In this document: positions 26,429 to 33,401 of the stretch, in pieces
How positions within the stretch are numbered: the stretch's first letter is position 1
Layout: each line of letters begins with the position of its first letter
Virus record (IMG/VR): IMGVR_UViG_2724679239_000006
DNA: 33,401 nucleotides
Direction: 5' to 3' (one strand)
Source: a virus
Lineage: Duplodnaviria; Heunggongvirae; Uroviricota; Caudoviricetes
The notes under the pieces: generated by a model
What the model saw: the letters and a program-made list of their open reading frames with translations, nothing else
Database searches by the model: none
What the model was told of the DNA's origin: nothing
Position numbers and translations under genes: made by a program

Positions 26429-29266
26429 TCAATCTTTATCGTAAAAACTGCCACGCCCGGCACGGGTACGCCGCTCCAGTTCTGCCCTGACCATTTCGCC
26501 GACCAGTTTCGCCAGTTCGCGGGGATTCTGCGTAACAACGTTATGCAGATGGACATGAATTTCACCACCAAATCCGGGGGTCGCAGCCTCCCGGCTGCGG
26601 GAAGATGCGGAAACGGGCGCAACTGGCGCACGTGCGGCCTCCACGACCGGACGGGAGCTTGCTGCAACAACAGGGGGCAGCGCCGGAGATAACGGAGCCG
26701 GGGGCGCGGGAGTGATATTGATTGCAGGAAGAGCCTTGTTGCTCTGCGCAACCTTTCGCTCCTGCCACTCCCCACGAACAGCAAGCGCACGGGGCAGGTT
26801 CTTAAAGACAATATCACCGGGGCCGATACGCTTTTTCGTCTCATCAACCAGCTTGCCCGTATTATCTGCAATTTTGCTGAGCCTGCGTAGCGTGCCAGTG
26901 TTGTTGTCCGTGAGCGGCTTATTGTCTTTAGGCTTATCGCCTCCGGTCCCTGTTTCCGCAGACTTCGGCGGATTGATTTTTGCCAGGTCCCCCTGAAGCA
27001 AAGCAACCTTGTCCTGAAGAATGGCCGCACGCTGCGCGTCTTCGATTTTCTTTCTCGCCCTTTCCGCTTCATCTGGAAGGACACCAAGTTTTTCAAGTAT
27101 CCATGCCAGCGTATCCAGCAGCATTTTGGCAGGCGTCAGGACAAGCTGTAACGCACCGCCAAGAACGTTGCCGAATACCTCGCCAGCACTGGTGCATTTA
27201 TCCAGCGTTTCCTTGCTGGATTCCATCGGTGACAGCAGCGATGTAAACCAGTTAAAGACCTGAATCACGCCATCACGAACCAGTTCGAAAACAGGGCCAA
27301 ACCGTTCAAAGGTTTCGCGTAACGGGGCCAGCCGCTCCATAATCCCGCTGAACACCCCGGCAAAAAATGCCCTGATTGGGTCCCAGTATTTCCAGATGAG
27401 AACGGCAGCTCCGGCAAGCGCAGCTACGATAAGACCGACCGGGCTGAACAACGCCCCGATAGCACCTCCCAGTAAAGAGACGGAACCCGTCACCATTCCC
27501 CATAGTGCTGGCAGGACCCTGACAGCATTCATTGAACCGGTCAGGAGGGAAAAGCCAAGACGCAGTTTTGCCAGCGGGCCAGCAAGCACACCAATAGCCA
27601 GCGACAACGAGCCAACCGTTGCAGTCATTGCCAGCAACGCACCGCCTGCTATCAGTAGCTGGCGCGTCAGTACCGGATGGGCCTGCGCCAGCGCCGTCAC
27701 CCTTGATACCACCCGCGTGAGCCACTGCGTGACAGAACGCAGCGGACCGTCAATCAGATCTGCAATGCGGATGCGCAACCCTTCCCATGCACTGTCGAGT
27801 GATTTCAGATCGCCGTCAAGGTTGTTGGCCATAACCTTTGCTGTGCGTTCAGCCTCACCGCGCGCGCCTTCAAGTTCTTTTCTCAGTTTAGGTAAGGAAC
27901 CGTCACCTGCCGCATCAACGAGGGCCATAAATGACGTGAAGGCCTCTTCTCCGGCTATGTCCTTAAAGAACGATACCCGGTCAACTTCCCCGTATTTGCG
28001 GGTGGCTTTATAAAGGTCGGCCAGCACATCCTCCATCGGGCGCATTTTGCCGTTCGCATCAGAGACAGCCACACCAAGCTCTTTCAGCGCCTCTGCCGCC
28101 GCCTTTGGCGGTGATGCCAGACGAGCAAGGCTGGCACGCATTGCCGTCCCGGCATCACTCCCTCTGATACCCATATTCGCCAGCACGCCCGCCATCGCTG
28201 CGGCCTGCTCCAGCGATATTCCCAGCTTACCCGCCACCGGACCTGCATATTTCATGGTTTCGCCCAGCGCGCGAAGGTCGGTGTTAGTACGGGTAAACGC
28301 CGCAGTAAGTGTGTCGCCGACCCGATCCATCTGGTCAGCAGAGAGGCCGAACTGCGTCAGGATATTTGAGCCAATATCCGCCGTCTCGCCAAGGTCCATA
28401 CCGCCAGCCGTTGCCATGCTCAGCACGCCGGGAAGCGCAGCCTGAATGGCTTCTGGTGTGAAGCCAGCCATAGCAAGAAATGCCTGCCCACTGGCGGCAT
28501 CACTCGCAGTAAACTGCGTTTCAGAGCCGAGCTTTAGCGCCTGCTCACGCAGCGCCTTAAACTGCGGGCTGTTCTGGTCAATTCGCGTCAGCGCCTGCAC
28601 ACGGGACATCTCTTTCCCGAATCCGATAGCGGGCTGCAAAAAACGCCCGGCAGCATAGCCGCCAGCCGCTGCCGCACCAGTTGCCAGCGCACCACCCGTT
28701 TTCAGTTTTCCCGCTGTTTCCTGCGCGCGTGAATACTGCTCACGCGCCCGCGTTACACGCGCAAGCGCCTGTCGTTCGAGTTCAAGCTGGTTGTTGTACT
28801 GTTCGGTGCGTCTGATGGCCTGCTGGATGGTGTTATCGCTGCCTGTCAGGGAAATACCGTGGCGTTTAAGCTCTCCGCCAAGCTCCCGCATTTTCTGAAT
28901 TTCCCGTGTGCGCGATTCATTCAGGCGTTCAAGCCGGGTGCTTAACTGCTGCATCAGCTTTTGTTGTTTTTCGCTGAGCACCGTACCCGTGCGTTGTAAC
29001 TGATGAAGGGCGTTAAGCTGGCGTCGTGCTTTCACGATGCCAGCATCCGCTTTACTGACAGCATCGCGGGCGCGCTCAAATGAACGCGCCTGACGCTCGA
29101 GATTTTTGATCGCCCCCTGCGTTCGCTGGATGGAGTCACCAAGCTGTCCCATCAGGCGGCGGGCGTTTTCGGCTGGCCGGGTCAGCCTGTCAACAGCACT
29201 GAAGGCGACCCGAATGTCAAGAGTCTTCATCGTCTGCATTCCCACTGCGAAGTGCCGCCCGCTCAC
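26429..29266 (-). CDS. T: Tail tape measure protein (gpT)
   Basis: 945-aa ORF, helical/alanine-glycine-rich with hydrophobic core segments; start uncertain (possible later starts at 29239 or 29230, after the E' stop). Confidence 0.85.
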   Translation of the reverse strand: MSGRHFAVGMQTMKTLDIRVAFSAVDRLTRPAENARRLMGQLGDSIQRTQGAIKNLERQARSFERARDAVSKADAGIVKARRQLNALHQLQRTGTVLSEKQQKLMQQLSTRLERLNESRTREIQKMRELGGELKRHGISLTGSDNTIQQAIRRTEQYNNQLELERQALARVTRAREQYSRAQETAGKLKTGGALATGAAAAGGYAAGRFLQPAIGFGKEMSRVQALTRIDQNSPQFKALREQALKLGSETQFTASDAASGQAFLAMAGFTPEAIQAALPGVLSMATAGGMDLGETADIGSNILTQFGLSADQMDRVGDTLTAAFTRTNTDLRALGETMKYAGPVAGKLGISLEQAAAMAGVLANMGIRGSDAGTAMRASLARLASPPKAAAEALKELGVAVSDANGKMRPMEDVLADLYKATRKYGEVDRVSFFKDIAGEEAFTSFMALVDAAGDGSLPKLRKELEGARGEAERTAKVMANNLDGDLKSLDSAWEGLRIRIADLIDGPLRSVTQWLTRVVSRVTALAQAHPVLTRQLLIAGGALLAMTATVGSLSLAIGVLAGPLAKLRLGFSLLTGSMNAVRVLPALWGMVTGSVSLLGGAIGALFSPVGLIVAALAGAAVLIWKYWDPIRAFFAGVFSGIMERLAPLRETFERFGPVFELVRDGVIQVFNWFTSLLSPMESSKETLDKCTSAGEVFGNVLGGALQLVLTPAKMLLDTLAWILEKLGVLPDEAERARKKIEDAQRAAILQDKVALLQGDLAKINPPKSAETGTGGDKPKDNKPLTDNNTGTLRRLSKIADNTGKLVDETKKRIGPGDIVFKNLPRALAVRGEWQERKVAQSNKALPAINITPAPPAPLSPALPPVVAASSRPVVEAARAPVAPVSASSRSREAATPGFGGEIHVHLHNVVTQNPRELAKLVGEMVRAELERRTRAGRGSFYDKD

Positions 29267-29749
29267 GCCAGCTAACCACTTCGCCGGGCGTCATCATGAA
29301 GATTTCGGCGGGCGACCAGTTAAAAATAACGGCAATATCTGCCACAAAGTCTTCTATGTGCTCAAAGCACACAACCGTGATCAGGCTTCCGTCGCCTGTT
29401 CGTTCTTCCCGCCAGAGTCCGCACCGCTCAAAAAATTTACGGCAACCACACATAACTGAATAAAGTCACGGGATGCCATTTTTTTGATCGTCACTTCATC
29501 CAGTCGCGGTGATGTCACGCGTGACAACAGCGTAAACATGGATTCCGCTTTCAGACTCAGCACATCAGACAGCGACAGACCACGCAGGGATCCAGCCTGC
29601 TCAATAGCCCCGGTAATCTCCACATACGTGATTTTTTCGTCGCCTCGCTCAATTGGCTGGGTAAGTTTTACGCCGCGCTCGCCGGTTTCTTTCGCAGTAT
29701 CAGCAACCACCACAGCGTTTTCAGTATCGGTATTTTTCGTCTCTTTCAT
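29217..29749 (-). CDS. gpE+E' fusion chaperone made by programmed -1 ribosomal frameshift
   Basis: Slippery site T_TTT_TTG at plus-strand coordinates 29429..29435 (minus-strand mRNA); the -1 frame is open from there to a stop at 29217. Confidence 0.6.
29381..29749 (-). CDS. E: Tail assembly chaperone (gpE)
   Basis: 122 aa; PIERGD...LRG pattern as in P2 E; contains the slippery heptamer TTTTTTG near its 3' end. Confidence 0.8.
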   Translation of the reverse strand: MKETKNTDTENAVVVADTAKETGERGVKLTQPIERGDEKITYVEITGAIEQAGSLRGLSLSDVLSLKAESMFTLLSRVTSPRLDEVTIKKMASRDFIQLCVVAVNFLSGADSGGKNEQATEA

Positions 29750-29803
29750 CAGAAAACTCCTTTCAGTCAGGGGCGACGCACTGCGCCGCCTGCATATTAC
29801 ATA

Positions 29804-30316
29804 TCAGCCGAGCCCGAGCGCGGAACGGATGCGGTCGGGTACAATGTCCTTGCCATCCTTCCGGTAGATGTGGTTCACCAGGTCAATTTCCCACACCGGA
29901 CGATCGTTAATACTCAGCTTGTAGTAGGTGTTTTTGACAGCGTAAGTGTGTGACGTGGCTTCGCCCTGTTTGGCCTCCCCCATATCAATTTCCGTCACAC
30001 GCCCGCGCATCTCGATTTCATACAGGTCGCTTTCTGCATCGGTGTAGTATTCACCCGCAAAACGCAGCAGCGTGCCGTCCATTGTTCCGCCATATTTAAG
30101 GAACAGCGCACGAACGGCGCCCCCCATGACAAAACTCGCATCAAGCGCGGAATCGTCCAGGCCGAGGTCGATACTCACCGCTCCCAGCATGCCACCACCA
30201 CGATAGCTGTCGGTTTTACGCGTCAGTTTAGGCGGGGTGACAGACGTCACCTTACCCACTTCATTTTCACCATCCACAAACAGCGTAAAAAAACGAAGAT
30301 GTTTTGGTACGGCCAT
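29804..30316 (-). CDS. FII: Tail tube protein (gpFII)
   Basis: 170 aa; SVTPPKLTRKTDSYRGGGM..DLGLDD pattern matches P2 FII. Confidence 0.9.
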   Translation of the reverse strand: MAVPKHLRFFTLFVDGENEVGKVTSVTPPKLTRKTDSYRGGGMLGAVSIDLGLDDSALDASFVMGGAVRALFLKYGGTMDGTLLRFAGEYYTDAESDLYEIEMRGRVTEIDMGEAKQGEATSHTYAVKNTYYKLSINDRPVWEIDLVNHIYRKDGKDIVPDRIRSALGLG

Positions 30317-31500
30317 TAAGCACCTCCAAGCACTGCAAATGCAGGACCAAAGAACTCATCAGTGAACGCCTGGTAAAGCTCCATATCTTCCAGCGGAGGA
30401 ACGGGCGTATATTTATAGCGAATACGCACGCGCCCCTGTCGTAATTCTGTGGTGCTGTTATCCACGATGTCATACCAGCACGATGCGCCAATCAGTTTCC
30501 CGGCAGTAACCAGCGAATCCAGTTTTGCCCTGATGGCACTGATGACGTCCTTCACGTTCGCAGGCGTCAGTGGACTGTCGATGGTTTCAAACTGCGCTTC
30601 CGCAACCGTGTCAGCCAGCACCTGTGCGGTTCGGGTATACACCTCAAAAATGTAGGCGTTCGTTTCCGGCGTACGGTTACCCCAGAAGCGGAACCCGTTG
30701 CGGCGAATGATGGTTGTGATTTCTTTGTTGTTGAGGCTGTTGGCATCGCTGTCTTCGGCCTGCAACGACCAGAACACATGCCTGGACATCCCCAGCACAT
30801 TTTTGACCGGAACGTTGGACAGCGATTTGTGCCAGCCCTGCTCATGGTCAATGTACGCACGAAGGCCGCACGCATAGGCTGGCGCGGGGAAAACCTCATT
30901 CTCGCCACTTTTCGGGTTGTAAGCGATGAAGTCCGGCCACAGGAGCATCAGCTCGCGTTCGTTGAATTTTTCACGGTATGCAATGGCTTCAGCCATCGTG
31001 TTACAGCCATGACAGGAGGCATACACAAACGCGCGCAGTTTACCTGCAATCACGCACAGGGATTTTGTCACCGCCTCCGTGTCCAGCCCCGGCGCGGCCA
31101 GAATACGCGGACGGTATCCGATGCTTTCATCCTGCTCTGCAACAAGCAGCGCATACATCCCCGTATAGCTGCCGTCGGATTCAGAACCACCGATAACCAG
31201 TTGATCCTGTGTTTTTCCGTCTTCTTCTTTGTGTTCAGCCACGCGAACGACGATCACCTTTGTGCTCACCTGGTCTGCAATGGGTTTCAGCGCACGGTAC
31301 AGCGTCCCCGTTGTCCCGCATTTTCCCAGCACGTCATTGACGCGGGTCACTAATGCAGGCTTGTTCAGCGGGAACAGCTTCGCGTCCGCATCGTCCGCCG
31401 TTGCCACGATACCGATAACGCTGGAATCAACGTCGTTAATTGCTGTTACCAGGTCGGTACTTTCCGTAACGCGGGCGCCATGAAAGCGAGTTTCACTCAT
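30316..31500 (-). CDS. FI: Tail sheath protein (gpFI)
   Basis: 394 aa; FPLNKP, PRILAAPGLDT, RELMLLWPDF, GFRFWGNRT and YTPVPPLE blocks match P2 FI. Confidence 0.9.
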   Translation of the reverse strand: MSETRFHGARVTESTDLVTAINDVDSSVIGIVATADDADAKLFPLNKPALVTRVNDVLGKCGTTGTLYRALKPIADQVSTKVIVVRVAEHKEEDGKTQDQLVIGGSESDGSYTGMYALLVAEQDESIGYRPRILAAPGLDTEAVTKSLCVIAGKLRAFVYASCHGCNTMAEAIAYREKFNERELMLLWPDFIAYNPKSGENEVFPAPAYACGLRAYIDHEQGWHKSLSNVPVKNVLGMSRHVFWSLQAEDSDANSLNNKEITTIIRRNGFRFWGNRTPETNAYIFEVYTRTAQVLADTVAEAQFETIDSPLTPANVKDVISAIRAKLDSLVTAGKLIGASCWYDIVDNSTTELRQGRVRIRYKYTPVPPLEDMELYQAFTDEFFGPAFAVLGGA

Positions 31501-31657
31501 AGTTCCAGCCCCTTGTATCCGTTAAATGATTCGGCAACAATCATCACCCACCACGCGCGTAATCTCATCCCTGCGCCGTTCTTGCCGCCCGGCGACAACA
31601 AAAAGCAGTAACCCCGCCCGCACACACATGCGACCATGCTGCACAGGGAGGGAGCCG
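31501..31657. promoter_or_regulatory. Divergent intergenic region between FI (leftward) and D (rightward), with 19-bp palindrome ATGATT-N7-AATCAT at 31526..31544
   Basis: Only non-coding interval available to drive both the tail operon and D in this arrangement; palindrome seen directly. Confidence 0.3.
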
Positions 31658-32767
31658 ATGATTGACACCACCATGCAACTGTTCAACCAGAGTACTGACC
31701 CCGTGAAGATGCCTGATTTTGATATTCTCGCGGAGGGGAAAACGCTGTCCGGTGTGACAGAACGCCTGATGAGCCTGTCACTGACCGACAACCGGGGATT
31801 TGAAGCAGACCAGCTAACCATCACGCTGGATGATGCTGATGGTCAGTTGCAGTTGCCGCCACGGGGCGCTCGCCTGACGGTTCTCATTGGCTGGAAAGGC
31901 GAACCGCTGACAGAAAAAGGCACTTACATTGTTGATGAAATTGCTCATGAAGGACCGCCCGACAGACTGACCATTTCAGCCAGAAGCGCAGATTTTCGGG
32001 ATGAATTTAACGTCAAGCGCGAAGTATCCTGGCATGATGTGACCGTTGAACGCGTGGTGTCTGCAATTGCTCACCGATACGGCCTGAAACCGCAAATCAG
32101 CGAAATGCTGATGGATATTGAAATCGACCACGCTGACCAGACCGAAGAAAGCGACATGTCCTTCCTTACACGCATGGCGGAAATGCTGGGCGCAATCACC
32201 ACGGTAAAAAGCGGTAATCTGTTATTCATCATGCCAGGTGGTGGCGTGAACGCGCAGGGAAAACCATTACCATCGTTTGCCATCACACGCAGCAGCGGCG
32301 ATCGCCATCAGTTTCGCATTGCTGACCGCGAGGCGTATACGGGGGTACGCGCTTACTGGCTTGATCTTAATTACGGGAAAAAGAAAAAAGTCAGCGTGAA
32401 ACGCCGCAAACCGCCAAAACCCAAAAAGGAGAAAAGCAGCAGCCGTGAAGGTGACTATATGGAAGGTGCGGAAGGCAACGTGTTTGTGTTACGCAAGACT
32501 TATCAGAACGAGCAGGCAGCAAGACGCGCAGCGGCGGCAAAGTGGCAGCAGCTACAACGCGGAGCCGCATCATTCTCCATCACGCTGGCGCGTGGACGCG
32601 CAGAACTCTACCCCGAAATGCATGGCACGGTAACAGGATTTAAAAGCGAGATTGATAATCAGGACTGGATTATTGCAAAAGCCGAGCACTCCATTGATAA
32701 CAGCGGCTTTACCACGCAGCTTGAGCTTGAGGCAAAAATCCCGGAATGGATAGCAGAAACAGAGTGA
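31658..32767 (+). CDS. D: Tail protein D (gpD)
   Basis: ATG at 31658 with RBS GGGAGGGAG; 369 aa; position before ogr. Confidence 0.85.
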   Translation: MIDTTMQLFNQSTDPVKMPDFDILAEGKTLSGVTERLMSLSLTDNRGFEADQLTITLDDADGQLQLPPRGARLTVLIGWKGEPLTEKGTYIVDEIAHEGPPDRLTISARSADFRDEFNVKREVSWHDVTVERVVSAIAHRYGLKPQISEMLMDIEIDHADQTEESDMSFLTRMAEMLGAITTVKSGNLLFIMPGGGVNAQGKPLPSFAITRSSGDRHQFRIADREAYTGVRAYWLDLNYGKKKKVSVKRRKPPKPKKEKSSSREGDYMEGAEGNVFVLRKTYQNEQAARRAAAAKWQQLQRGAASFSITLARGRAELYPEMHGTVTGFKSEIDNQDWIIAKAEHSIDNSGFTTQLELEAKIPEWIAETE

Positions 32768-32809
32768 GCAACTTAGAATAGCGGCAGCACCACGTTAAGG
32801 GAGGTCGCT

Positions 32810-33070
32810 ATGTTCCGTTGTCCGCTTTGTGGCGCATCTGCCCGAATCCGCACCAGTCGTTCGGAAAATGATTCAGATACCGTACGGAAAAAATATTACC
32901 AGTGTAACAACCTGGAATGCGGCGTATGCTTCTCAACACTGGAGGCTTTCCATAAATTCACATCGAAACACGCCCCCGGCGTTCACTCTTCAGAGGGCAT
33001 CCCGTGGAATGAGCTACCAGCTTCGCACAGGGGAAACAACCAGATGAGTTTGCCATTACCTCAGAATTAA
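32810..33070 (+). CDS. ogr: Ogr/Delta-family zinc-finger late transcription activator
   Basis: 86 aa; MFRCPLCG...YYQCNNLEC C4 zinc finger as in P2 Ogr; RBS GGGAGG. Confidence 0.85.
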   Translation: MFRCPLCGASARIRTSRSENDSDTVRKKYYQCNNLECGVCFSTLEAFHKFTSKHAPGVHSSEGIPWNELPASHRGNNQMSLPLPQN

Positions 33071-33130
33071 CAGGCTGAATTGCCGGAGTAACAAAAAAGC
33101 GATAGATTACGCGCGGGTGCCTTTCGGCTG

Positions 33131-33343
33131 ATGGCTGGAGGGAATACCCGAAGGCCGGATGTGGAAAGGCCCCGGAAAACATCTCTGTTTAACCGAGGCC
33201 CTGACCATCTAACCTTAGCAAGTGATAGGTTAGCGCCTCCCCAAAAAAGGAGCAAGCGCTATGTCGCAAAAATCGCTTATGGCCATCACGTTCTGCGTGA
33301 CGGTAATCCTCATCATCTGGATGCTGCACGGTTCGCTGTGTGA
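33131..33343 (+). CDS. Mok-like overlapping reading frame of the hok locus
   Basis: 70-aa ORF starting upstream of and overlapping the hok-like gene in another frame, as expected for mok. Confidence 0.3.
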   Translation: MAGGNTRRPDVERPRKTSLFNRGPDHLTLASDRLAPPQKRSKRYVAKIAYGHHVLRDGNPHHLDAARFAV

Positions 33344-33401
33344 AATACGGATGAGCTTCTGGGGAGCGGAGTTTGCGGCGTTCTTACAGTGTAAGCAGTA
33401 A
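33261..33401 (+). CDS. Hok/Gef-family type I toxin (46 aa)
   Basis: RBS AAGGAG 8 nt upstream; translation MSQKSLMAITFCVTVILIIWMLHGSLCEIRMSFWGAEFAAFLQCKQ has an N-terminal TM helix and the conserved SLCE(I/L)R...E.AAF..C core of Hok proteins; stop codon is the last triplet of the window. Confidence 0.6.
   Translation: MSQKSLMAITFCVTVILIIWMLHGSLCEIRMSFWGAEFAAFLQCKQ

Noticed and set aside
26413-28658. Long ORFs overlapping the tape measure gene on both strands (26413..27096, 27396..28013, 28047..28445 and others)
   Set aside because: Tape measure genes are alanine/GC-rich and generate long spurious open frames; translations are low-complexity Ala/Ser/Pro/Arg strings
29479-29485. A7 run in the E gene as the E/E' frameshift site
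   Set aside because: The -1 frame from this site terminates after five codons; the productive site is the TTTTTTG heptamer at 29429..29435
33085-33115. Possible attR core (AAAAAAGCGATAGATTAC) downstream of ogr
   Set aside because: Only a loose resemblance to my recollection of the P2 att core; the partner site is outside the window, so no direct repeat can be demonstrated
1-33401. CRISPR arrays, tRNA/rRNA genes, insertion sequences
   Set aside because: No regularly spaced short direct repeats with unique spacers, no cloverleaf-like tRNA candidates and no transposase-like ORFs or terminal inverted repeats were observed

Overview
The window is essentially one near-complete P2-like (Peduovirus-type) temperate phage genome, running from the stop codon of a tyrosine integrase at position 1 to the ogr zinc-finger late activator at 32810..33070. 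All calls rest on reading the sequence and on remembered protein-family features; no database search was possible. Gene order follows P2: int, immunity repressor, early operon, replication protein A, a cargo interval, probable cos, portal Q and terminase P, then head, lysis, tail-completion, baseplate and tail-fibre genes, tail sheath/tube/tape-measure genes, D and ogr. Four things depart from canonical P2. (1) The A-to-cos cargo interval carries a plasmid R1-type actin-like partition pair, ParM and ParR, with flanking repeat motifs. (2) A Hok/Gef-family type I toxin gene with a Mok-like overlapping frame sits just downstream of ogr at the right edge, so homologues of both classical R1 stability loci are present in the window. 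(3) The tail-fibre gene ends in a roughly 3-kb invertible segment bounded by 25-bp inverted crossover sites, with an alternative fibre C-terminus and chaperone in inverted orientation and an adjacent Gin/Cin/Pin-type invertase. (4) The sheath-tube-E-T-U block lies on the opposite strand from H/G and D/ogr. Also notable are two lysogeny-side accessory genes between repressor and integrase (a C-terminally membrane-anchored protein and a secreted protein), an M15-peptidase endolysin with overlapping spanins, and an E/E' -1 frameshift site. No CRISPR array, tRNA, rRNA or IS element was seen.
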